Part shown: positions 51,622 through 59,864 of the stretch, piece after piece | How positions within the stretch are numbered: the first letter of the stretch is position 1 | Layout: each line of letters opens with the position of its first letter | Assembly (NCBI GenBank): GCA_016212475.1 | Contig: JACRGC010000005.1 | Coordinates: 157-64,156, forward strand | Length of the DNA: 64,000 nt | Reading direction: 5' to 3' | Origin: Candidatus Micrarchaeota archaeon | Lineage (GTDB): Archaea > Micrarchaeota > Micrarchaeia > Norongarragalinales > SBBD01 | Position numbers and translations under genes: made by a program | The notes under the pieces: generated by a model | The model's input: only the letters and a program-made list of their open reading frames with translations | Databases searched by the model: none | What the model was told of the DNA's origin: nothing

Positions 51622-52044
51622 ATGAAAATCGAAGAGATAATTACCTGCGTCAAGGAATATAAAGCCATTGTTCTAAGGGCCGAGCTTTGCCTTTTAAAGG
51701 ATTTTTTGGGTTTTTGCAACAGGCAAGCAAAACAGGATTTTTTGGATAAAACCAATATTGCCAACCAATTCGAGCTCCAATGGATACTTCGGGTTGCATG
51801 CAAAAAAAATATCGGACAGGCGCTTGATTTTACAAAGCCAAAAAATACCAAAATTGCAATTGTTAGCGAAAAGGCAATTCCTGGAAAAATCATCGGAAAA
51901 ATAGGAACCGCCCTCGAATTTGAAAATACCGATGAAATGATTGAAAAAATATCGCAAGAATTCGGGATAACAAAAGCCGCAAAGGACAAATATCCCCTCG
52001 AGAAACTGCTGATTGAAAAATCGCTTATGGAAATTTCGCAATGA
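51622..52044 (+). CDS. cgi121: KEOPS subunit Cgi121-like
   Basis: 'NIANQFELQWILRVACKKNIGQAL', 'LEKLLIEK' pattern; size. Confidence 0.65.
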   Translation: MKIEEIITCVKEYKAIVLRAELCLLKDFLGFCNRQAKQDFLDKTNIANQFELQWILRVACKKNIGQALDFTKPKNTKIAIVSEKAIPGKIIGKIGTALEFENTDEMIEKISQEFGITKAAKDKYPLEKLLIEKSLMEISQ

Positions 52045-52116
52045 AAAAGGGGAGAGTATATTTAGGCGTATCCCTTTGAGATAAGTATTTATATTTTCTC
52101 TAGGTAATACGTTGCT

Positions 52117-52686
52117 ATGCGCAAGATCCGAGCAAGCCCAAAAGGGCCTGAATTCATAAAATATCTTCATGAATTCGTTTCCGAAAGCATCGGGGAGAAA
52201 GGATTGAACGTTCTTTTGTCGATGGGCGATGGCGCAACTGATGAGATCATCGAGCAAAAGACAAAATACAAAATCGCAGAAATAAGATCGCTTCTAAACC
52301 ACCTTCATTCATACGGATTTGTGGAATACACCCGCGAAAAAAACATGCAAAACGGCTGGTTCACATACACCTGGAAATCCAACAGGGATAGGTCAATGCA
52401 AAATTTCCTGATGATCAAGAAAAAGGAGGTTGAAAGGCTTAGGAGCGGGATTTCATCCGAAGAGGGGGCGGTTTTTTACAAATGCACAAAGGGCTGCTCA
52501 AGGATGAATTTTGATTTTGCAATGGAGCATAAATTTCGGTGCCCAACCTGCACTAAGGATTTGAAATATTTGGATAACAAAGAAGAGCTCAAAAGGGCCG
52601 AGATCCGAATCAAGGCGATCCAGAAAATACTTGAGAGCAAAAGCGCCCTTGCAACAATTGAAAACGGCTTTTCGCCAAAAATCTGA
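52117..52686 (+). CDS. tfe: Transcription factor E alpha
   Basis: wHTH 'TDEII..KT......IRSLLN.L', 'GWFTYTW', Zn ribbon C...C / FRCPTC. Confidence 0.92.
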   Translation: MRKIRASPKGPEFIKYLHEFVSESIGEKGLNVLLSMGDGATDEIIEQKTKYKIAEIRSLLNHLHSYGFVEYTREKNMQNGWFTYTWKSNRDRSMQNFLMIKKKEVERLRSGISSEEGAVFYKCTKGCSRMNFDFAMEHKFRCPTCTKDLKYLDNKEELKRAEIRIKAIQKILESKSALATIENGFSPKI

Positions 52687-52781
52687 ATCCTTGAGGGAAA
52701 TTCGGGAAAGGCACTGGAATTTTCAAGGAACGTATTCATTTATAATCAAAATATGGCATATTGTATCTTCCTGATTCTGAT

Positions 52782-52890
52782 AGCGGGGTAGGGTAGCCAG
52801 GAGTGCCCGCTGGGCTCATAACCCGGAGAGATACTTGCACCTTGCAATTATTTCGGGGAAAGACCGGTGGTTCAAATCCACCCTCCGCTA
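52782..52890 (+). tRNA. Initiator tRNA-Met(CAU) with 34-nt intron at 43/44 (52827-52860)
   Basis: A1-U72 pair, GGG/CCC anticodon stem, CTCATAA loop; helix ACCC/GGGG with bulges GG^A and AA^A; removal gives a 5-nt variable loop AGACC. Confidence 0.92.
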
Positions 52891-52908
52891 TTTCTTTTTT
52901 TTAATTCA

Positions 52909-54387
52909 CTATTTTCCGGTATTTGAATATTCCTCGCAAAGCGAGAATGCGGGCCTTGGGATGAACCTTTTTTTCGTTTCCCCTTTTTCGGCAACCACAA
53001 CATCGGTCCCAACAATTTCCATTTTCAAGGAAGGATCGCTAAACAACTGCAAATCCACCTCGTGCCCGCCGTGGATGATAAAGCCCTTTCCTTGCTTTGG
53101 GAAATCGACAAGCTGTTTTAGCACATCATCCTTTAGGATTTCGGTATTTGGCTCGAAGACAAAAAGCACGCTATTTGAGCTGAATGGGTTTGATGTGACG
53201 GTTTTTAGGATTGAATTGACGATTAGTCGCTTGACTTCATCGCCCTGCTTTGCCAAATTTATGTAAAGCACTTTCCCAAGGCCGTCCTTCCAAGGGGAAG
53301 TTAGCTCTTCTGAAATGTTCTTTCCAAAAAGCAGGGGATTGGATTTTTGCATGACTTCAATTATCCTAATTGCCCGAAGGATGGAAAACTTGGGGAACTC
53401 CTTTGTTTCCTTGAATGAGGATAGTTCGACAATAAGATCCGATAGAACGGAGATTTTGGATCCCTTTTCACCGTAAACTTTTTGTATCAGGGGCGCAACA
53501 TCTGCCTTTTCCAAATTGAATGAGGATAGGAAAAGCGCAGGATCTACCATGCTAAGGTCGACAAAGAGGCTTTTTCCAAGGTCGAATTGCTTGAATGGAA
53601 AGCCAATTGGAAGGGCCTTCATCCCGAATTTTTCAAACTGCTCCTTGTCCTTGTTTGGAAGCGCAAGGCCTGAAAATGCCCCGCTTGAATCGAATATCAC
53701 GCAAGGAATGCTGTTTAGAAGGGCGCCTTCGGCCAGAATATGGGTCAAGTGGAGCCTAAGCTCTGAATTTTCACCGATTATTATCGATGAGAAAACGGAT
53801 TTCACATTCGCCTCGACTTTTGTTTCCTCGCGATCAACGCCTAGGAGGAACTTGGATTGGCTGGCTTGGTGTGAATCGTGCGAATCGCGGATCATGACGC
53901 CTCGCTTTGAAACTTGGAGTATGGCAATTGGATCGCCAATCAGGTTTTGAATTTCTTCTTCGGAGGCATTCTTTAGCTCTTTTGTTTTCACATCGGTTGA
54001 GCCTTCAATGCCCTTTTTGGTAAGCTTTACAAGGGCGTCAAGCTCCTCGTATTGCTTTGCAACCTCGTTTGACAAATCCGTTTCGGAGTAAGGCACAAAT
54101 GCGGGAGTGGAATCGACAATCAGGTATTTGAAGCGGTTTTCCCGCGTGATTTTTTCAATGAAGGTCATTTCGCGCTTTTGCGTTAAGGAAAATTTGGTCG
54201 CATCGCCCTCGATTACAAGCGCGCGCCTCTCCAAAACCAAAACTCCCTCGATTTCATCGCCCTTCTTTTCAAAAAGAGTGACAAGCAAGACTTTGTCTGG
54301 GTTTTGGTAGATCTGGACTGGGAATTGGCCCCAGGTTGCTGAAACTATTTTTTTCCAAGGCCCATGCGAAAGAGCTAAATCAGCCAT
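52909..54387 (-). CDS. HerA/FtsK-like ATPase-fold protein with degenerate Walker motifs
   Basis: 'SSIIIGENSELRLHLTHILAEGALLNSIPCVIFDSSGAFSGLA.PN' follows the HerA/DUF87 pattern but lacks GK[ST]. Confidence 0.6.
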   Translation of the reverse strand: MADLALSHGPWKKIVSATWGQFPVQIYQNPDKVLLVTLFEKKGDEIEGVLVLERRALVIEGDATKFSLTQKREMTFIEKITRENRFKYLIVDSTPAFVPYSETDLSNEVAKQYEELDALVKLTKKGIEGSTDVKTKELKNASEEEIQNLIGDPIAILQVSKRGVMIRDSHDSHQASQSKFLLGVDREETKVEANVKSVFSSIIIGENSELRLHLTHILAEGALLNSIPCVIFDSSGAFSGLALPNKDKEQFEKFGMKALPIGFPFKQFDLGKSLFVDLSMVDPALFLSSFNLEKADVAPLIQKVYGEKGSKISVLSDLIVELSSFKETKEFPKFSILRAIRIIEVMQKSNPLLFGKNISEELTSPWKDGLGKVLYINLAKQGDEVKRLIVNSILKTVTSNPFSSNSVLFVFEPNTEILKDDVLKQLVDFPKQGKGFIIHGGHEVDLQLFSDPSLKMEIVGTDVVVAEKGETKKRFIPRPAFSLCEEYSNTGK

Positions 54388-54533
54388 TTTCCATCGAAAT
54401 AGCTAAAGCAAAGGGGCTTTTAATGGTTTGCGCAAATTAGAGTGAAAAACATATCAAAAATTGCAAACAGAATCAGTTGAATAATTGAAAAAAAATAAAA
54501 GGAAAAAAAGACGATGGTTTTGCGAAAATGGAT

Positions 54534-54686
54534 TTACATCTTCGACAATCCTTTCCTCTTGACGTATGCCCACAGCTTCTTGGTCATCTCTGATGGAGAG
54601 ATTGGAGTGCCGCCGAATACATCCTTCAAAGAGTCAGTTGCTCCTGAAAAGGAAATCTTCATTCCTCCGAATGCTTTTCTTGCCAT
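54534..54686 (-). CDS. 50-aa SWIB-like protein MARKAFGGMKISFSGATDSLKDVFGGTPISPSEMTKKLWAYVKRKGLSKM
   Basis: Translated by hand; GGGGTGA RBS; 'L..V.G..P....E.TKKLW.Y.K..GL' is the first half of a SWIB domain. Confidence 0.8.
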   Translation of the reverse strand: MARKAFGGMKISFSGATDSLKDVFGGTPISPSEMTKKLWAYVKRKGLSKM

Positions 54687-54959
54687 TTCTATTCACCCCG
54701 TTTCCCCTCTATAAAAAGCAAAATTAGGACGCAAGCGGGATTAATAAAGGTATCGATTATTTACGAGCTAAATACGAGCTAGAATTGGGGGTTTTAAAAA
54801 AAGTTAAAAATAGCAGGGAAAAAAGGATTTTCCATGGGATTGGAAATGGATTTACTTAGGAATTGGGGGATTGCAAACGGATAGGCAGGAGGATTTGCAG
54901 CCTTGAAACCGGGAAAGAAGGTCGAAATTAGGGATAAAAATAAAAAAAGTGTTTTCGCC

Positions 54960-56867
54960 CTACTTGAGCCTAAGCGAATCCAAAACCTGCGGCGCCCTAG
55001 CATCAACGTGGAGCATTTTACCAACCGATCTTGCCAAATCTTCGCATTTGCTCTCTTCGCCGTGGAGCATTAGGAACTTGGATGGCCTTGGCTTGATTGA
55101 CCTTGCAAAATTTATCAGCTGCAAACGGTCGGAGTGGCCCGAAAATCCATCCACATTCACAACCTTTAGGTTGACTTTTAGGGTTTCGAGCTTGTTGTTT
55201 TTGAGGATTGGGATTTCCTTTTCACCGTTGAGAAGTTTCCTCCCAATTGACATTGGGGATTGGTAACCCACAAAAATAAGCGAATTGCGCGCATCTTCCG
55301 CCATCATTTTAAGGAATTCAAGCGATGGGCCTCCAGAAAGCATTCCCGAGGTTGCAATTATTATGCAAGGGTCGGGCCCTTCGACAATTGCCCTGCGGTC
55401 CATCCCAATTGCGCTCTTGAAAATTGGCTTGTCAAATGGCGAATCATTCTGCAAAATCCTCCTTTGGACATCGCGCCGCAAATATTCAGGGTAAACCGTA
55501 TGGATTGCAGACGCTTCGCGAACCATCCCATCGATGTAGATTGGGACGTCCACATTTCGGAGGTATTTTTCTATGATTAGCATTATTTCCTGCGACCTTC
55601 CAACGGCAAGAACCGGAATTAGGACTTTTCCCCTATTGGAAATTGTTTCCTTGATCACGTTGATCAGCTTTTGCTCGGATTCTTCCAAACGCGGCTTTAC
55701 ATCAACTGATGCGCCATATGTGCTCTCCATCATGATCGTATCAACCCGTGGGAACCTTATGTCCGCCGAATCAAACAAATTCGTCCTTCCGAATTTGATA
55801 TCGCCAGAATAAACAAGGTTGTGGAGGCCATCGCCAATGTGCAAATGCACCATTGCGCTCCCAAGGATGTGGCCTGCATTGTGGAATGTGAATCTTATCT
55901 TCGGGGTAATGTCGGTGACTTCGCCATATTTGCGAACAATAACATGGTTCAACATTTTTTTGATGTCCTTTTCGCCATAGGGCGATGTTTTTCCTTCCTG
56001 CGTCATGACATTTATGCAATCCTGCTGCAATAGGACCATCAAATCCCTTGTTGGCGGGGTGCAGTAGGTTGGGCCTTCGTAGCCGTATGCGTAAAGGTAG
56101 GGAAGGAAGCCAATGTGGTCAAGATGCGCATGCGAAATGATAACAGCGTCAATTTGATCTAGTTGAAGCCCCATTGCATTAAGGTACGGGTATGCCTTGG
56201 TGTTATCGGATGTGTCCACATTGAGCCCAACATCCATTATGATGTTGCTGTTGTTTGTTTGCAAAAGTATGCAGCTTCTTCCAACTTCCTTAAAGCCCCC
56301 AAGAGCGGTGATTTTAACCCACTCGGGATTGGATTCGTCCTGCATCATTTTCTTTCCAAGGGTGTTTAGGAATTTTTTCCTATCCTCCCCATTGGCTAAA
56401 AGTGCGGATCTAACCGCCCGGATTACTTCGGATGGCGAAGTTGGCGCCCGAAGGACTTTAGGCGACCACGCAGTTTCCAAAATGATGCTTTTTAGAACCA
56501 TTCCATTCTTTCCAATTACAACTCCTGGCTTCATTGCCTCAATTATCACTTCATTGAAAACGGAATCAAATTTGATGTCGACTATGCCCGCATCCTTTGG
56601 GACAAGCATGCGGATTTTTTCAAGCACCTTTTCAGGCGGCATCAAAACCGCAGAATCGCTCCTTAAAAGTACTTTTTTTCGTATGTGCGAAGCTATCCTT
56701 GTGATGAGGTTTTCATCATTGCAAAAAGCGGCCATGTTCTTTAGGTATAAAACCACCTGCGGGCCCTCTATTTCAATTTTTGTAAGCTCGGATTCCTTTG
56801 GCAGAACCTGCGCCACCTTATCCTGCAATTCCTTCATGTAACCAACAACTGCCATAACTTCATTCAA
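54960..56867 (-). CDS. fttA: aCPSF1/FttA KH-domain beta-CASP ribonuclease
   Basis: KH domains, HAHLDH, AGHILGS, ESTYG, FSGHSD; next to psmB. Confidence 0.95.
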   Translation of the reverse strand: MNEVMAVVGYMKELQDKVAQVLPKESELTKIEIEGPQVVLYLKNMAAFCNDENLITRIASHIRKKVLLRSDSAVLMPPEKVLEKIRMLVPKDAGIVDIKFDSVFNEVIIEAMKPGVVIGKNGMVLKSIILETAWSPKVLRAPTSPSEVIRAVRSALLANGEDRKKFLNTLGKKMMQDESNPEWVKITALGGFKEVGRSCILLQTNNSNIIMDVGLNVDTSDNTKAYPYLNAMGLQLDQIDAVIISHAHLDHIGFLPYLYAYGYEGPTYCTPPTRDLMVLLQQDCINVMTQEGKTSPYGEKDIKKMLNHVIVRKYGEVTDITPKIRFTFHNAGHILGSAMVHLHIGDGLHNLVYSGDIKFGRTNLFDSADIRFPRVDTIMMESTYGASVDVKPRLEESEQKLINVIKETISNRGKVLIPVLAVGRSQEIMLIIEKYLRNVDVPIYIDGMVREASAIHTVYPEYLRRDVQRRILQNDSPFDKPIFKSAIGMDRRAIVEGPDPCIIIATSGMLSGGPSLEFLKMMAEDARNSLIFVGYQSPMSIGRKLLNGEKEIPILKNNKLETLKVNLKVVNVDGFSGHSDRLQLINFARSIKPRPSKFLMLHGEESKCEDLARSVGKMLHVDARAPQVLDSLRLK

Positions 56868-56982
56868 CCCTCTAATTTAATTCGTAAAAAATAACAAAAT
56901 GCTTGCAAAAACTATTGCACTATTTTTTAAAATAATGCAAAAAAAATCGCCGTATTTTTGAGGTTCAAGTGGAAACAAATTT

Positions 56983-57609
56983 CTAGCCGTTCAAGAAAGT
57001 TTGTAGCTGATCCTTTGTTAGCCGCTTGACCTTATCTTGCGTAATCAATATCAAATCAATCCCTTCGCCAGTTGCGCTATCGCGCCTCATTGCAGCTGCA
57101 ACTGCCTTGGCTGCAATCCTTATTGCATCGTTTTCGCCAAGGTTATCCTTGTAAAATTCATCCAAAATTCCATAGGCAACAACCGATCCAGAGCCTGTTG
57201 ATACGTATTTTTCCTCAATAAGTCCGCCGAACGGATCCAAATCATAAATCCTTGGCTTGTCATCAACTCCTGCAACTATTAGCTGGACAAGATATGGGAA
57301 ATACTTGTTGCCCTGCAGGATGTTTGCAAGAAGCGTAGCTGCGCCTTGGACTGGCATATTCTGTCCGTTTGTGTATTTGTAAAGCTCGATTTCGGCCTTT
57401 ATGAACCTTAAAAGAGATTGAGCGTCCCCAACCCCGCCGGCAATGCTCATTGCCATCTTGTCATCGATCATGTGCACCTTTTCAACTTCTTTTGCCGCAA
57501 TGAATGTGCCATATGTTGCGCGCTTGTCTGCTGCGATCACAATTCCGCCATTGAATGAGAGGCTAACAGTAGTTGTGCCTTTCAGGACTTTCATTGATTC
57601 ATCAGACAT
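56983..57609 (-). CDS. psmB: Proteasome beta subunit
   Basis: Propeptide-G^TTTV, ADKRAT, GSGS, RDSATG. Confidence 0.97.
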   Translation of the reverse strand: MSDESMKVLKGTTTVSLSFNGGIVIAADKRATYGTFIAAKEVEKVHMIDDKMAMSIAGGVGDAQSLLRFIKAEIELYKYTNGQNMPVQGAATLLANILQGNKYFPYLVQLIVAGVDDKPRIYDLDPFGGLIEEKYVSTGSGSVVAYGILDEFYKDNLGENDAIRIAAKAVAAAMRRDSATGEGIDLILITQDKVKRLTKDQLQTFLNG

Positions 57610-57936
57610 ATTGCTTATCGCCCCTGTTTCAAAAATAACGATTGGGAAAATTCTTTTGCATCAATGGACTGAACTAATAATAGTAACAGAAATCGATCCA
57701 TTGCACTCGAAGGTAATACTTGTTTGCCAAGCAAAATATATAAATGTTCCTAAGAACGTTTTGCACAAATTGGGGGAAAATTGGGAAAATCCAAAAATTA
57801 TTGCAAAAAAAATGGATTGGCAAAAAAGCCGTGAAAAAATCGCCTGGAAAATCGTTTCCTGTGAAAAGAATTAAAACAAATACAAGGAAAATGAAAAAAA
57901 GGAAGGAAAGGAAGCGGTTATGCTTCCATGCCCAAA

Positions 57937-58635
57937 TCACTTGTTGATTTTGGTCCGGACATCGCTTAAGACTTTTTTAGCCTCATCTTGGCCGCCAAGC
58001 CCAAAAGCAATTCCAATTGCTAGCGCAAACCCATACGCAAGCGCCTGAAGCAAAGTAATGAATGCTTCCTTTAGGATTGCCGTATTGAACCCAACTGTTG
58101 AAAGGGCCATGACAAGCCCAAGGAACACAACGACAAATTTAGTTCCCCTAGCAAGAAGCGAAACCCATCTGGATTTGAATTCGACTTCCTTGATCTTTTC
58201 CTTCATGAGCTCCCCAAACATCGCAGAAACCACCAAAAGGACCGAGGCGCCAATGAATGCCGGAGCATACAAGAGCACAAGGTTTATGAAAATCGTGAGT
58301 GTTCCAAGCTCAAGCTTTGAAATAGCCGCCTGCATGAACACGAGCAAAATGTAGTATTTTACAACCTTCACAAAGAAGTTTGAAATTTTTACATTCCCAA
58401 GGGCCGAACCCATTTTATGCTGGATCAGGAACTTTTCAAAATTCGAAGCTTCCAAAACATGCTTTACAACCTTTGAAAGTATGGTGGCAACAATATAGCC
58501 AATCACAAATATCACAATGGCTGCAACAAAATTGGGAAGAAGTTTTGCCATCGAATCTATAAACGTAGTAACAACCGTCGAAACGCCCTGCGCGAACGCA
58601 TCGGGGGAATTGAATGAACTTGCTATGTCTGCCAT
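57937..58635 (-). CDS. MscS-associated TM-helix repeat (CmpX-like) membrane protein
   Basis: 'LPNFVAAIVIFVIGYIVA' repeated; 'ALAIGIAFGLGG'. Confidence 0.8.
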   Translation of the reverse strand: MADIASSFNSPDAFAQGVSTVVTTFIDSMAKLLPNFVAAIVIFVIGYIVATILSKVVKHVLEASNFEKFLIQHKMGSALGNVKISNFFVKVVKYYILLVFMQAAISKLELGTLTIFINLVLLYAPAFIGASVLLVVSAMFGELMKEKIKEVEFKSRWVSLLARGTKFVVVFLGLVMALSTVGFNTAILKEAFITLLQALAYGFALAIGIAFGLGGQDEAKKVLSDVRTKINK

Positions 58636-58748
58636 CTAATAAAACACCTCGGAAATACAAAAGAAGTGGCGGTATTTAAGCGTAACCATTGAATTGAAGA
58701 GTAAGAAAGTTGCACCGTTTAATTAGTTTTCAAAGATTTGAAAAACCA

Positions 58749-59285
58749 TCAACCCCTTTGATTTAACCCAAACTTCTTTTCGACTTTTTGGATTTTTGGA
58801 AGTATCACGAATTTGCAATACGGCTGGGAGGGGTTGCTTTCAAAGTAGTTTTTGTGGTAATTTTCCGCCGGATGGAATTTTTCTAGCCGGGATATTTCCG
58901 TGACAATTTTTTCCTTGAAATTGGCCTGCGCTTTTTTTATTGCATTTTCAGCGATTTTTTTCTGGGAATCATCCGCATATAATATAGTGGAGCGGTATTG
59001 GGTGCCAACATCATTCCCCTGCTTATTCAAAGTGGTTGGGTCATGTGCTGCAAAGAAAACTTCAAGCAAATAGGGCAAACCGACCTTTTTTTCATCATAT
59101 TGCACTTCAATTACCTCCGCATGCCCACTTAGCCCTTCTGAAACGGAATCATAACTAGGATTTTTAGAAGTTCCGCCGGCATAGCCAGGGGTTACTTTTA
59201 TGACTCCGGGAATCCTTTGGAAAATCGCTTCCGTGCACCAAAAGCAGCCGCCACCAAGAACAATTGATCGAATCTGTTTTTCCAT
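58749..59285 (-). CDS. msrA: Peptide-methionine (S)-S-oxide reductase
   Basis: GGGCFWCTE, HDPT, QGNDVGTQYRS, AENYH. Confidence 0.97.
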   Translation of the reverse strand: MEKQIRSIVLGGGCFWCTEAIFQRIPGVIKVTPGYAGGTSKNPSYDSVSEGLSGHAEVIEVQYDEKKVGLPYLLEVFFAAHDPTTLNKQGNDVGTQYRSTILYADDSQKKIAENAIKKAQANFKEKIVTEISRLEKFHPAENYHKNYFESNPSQPYCKFVILPKIQKVEKKFGLNQRG

Positions 59286-59357
59286 TGGAATCACTTTTTT
59301 AGCAATAAAGTTATTTTATTTGAATCGCCGTCTAAATTAATCAATTCCGCAATTCCC

Positions 59358-59729
59358 CTATTTTCCTTTCTTATCTGCAACAAATTTCATTGAAATTGAA
59401 TTGACGCAGTGCCGAACATTTTTATCCGTCATGCGCTCGCCATCAAATACGTGCCCAAGGTGCGCGCCGCATTTTGCGCATTGGATTTCCACGCGACTGC
59501 CATCGGCGTCCGGAAGGCGCTTGACTGCGCCCTTGATTTCTTGGTCAAACGCAGGCCAGCCGCAGTGAGCGTCGAATTTGTCATCCGATCTGTAAAGGGG
59601 CGAATCGCACCTTCTGCAGATGTATGTTCCGGTTTCAAAATAATCATCGAATTCGCCGGAAAACGGAGCCTCTGTACCCTTATTTACAATTACCCGTTCC
59701 TCTTCTTTTGTCAAATTGTTTAATTTCAT
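59358..59729 (-). CDS. msrB: Peptide-methionine (R)-S-oxide reductase
   Basis: GTEAPF, CGWPAF, HLGHVF, RHCVNS. Confidence 0.97.
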   Translation of the reverse strand: MKLNNLTKEEERVIVNKGTEAPFSGEFDDYFETGTYICRRCDSPLYRSDDKFDAHCGWPAFDQEIKGAVKRLPDADGSRVEIQCAKCGAHLGHVFDGERMTDKNVRHCVNSISMKFVADKKGK

Positions 59730-59864
59730 AATGGAAGAAGAAATGGGTGCAAGATTTATTAGGATTGTTGGATTGGCCAACCAAGCAACTCCTAGTCTTT
59801 TTTTTCGATTATCATAATCCTTATAAACAATGAAACCGTTCTGATGCTTCTAAAGTAGATCTGT

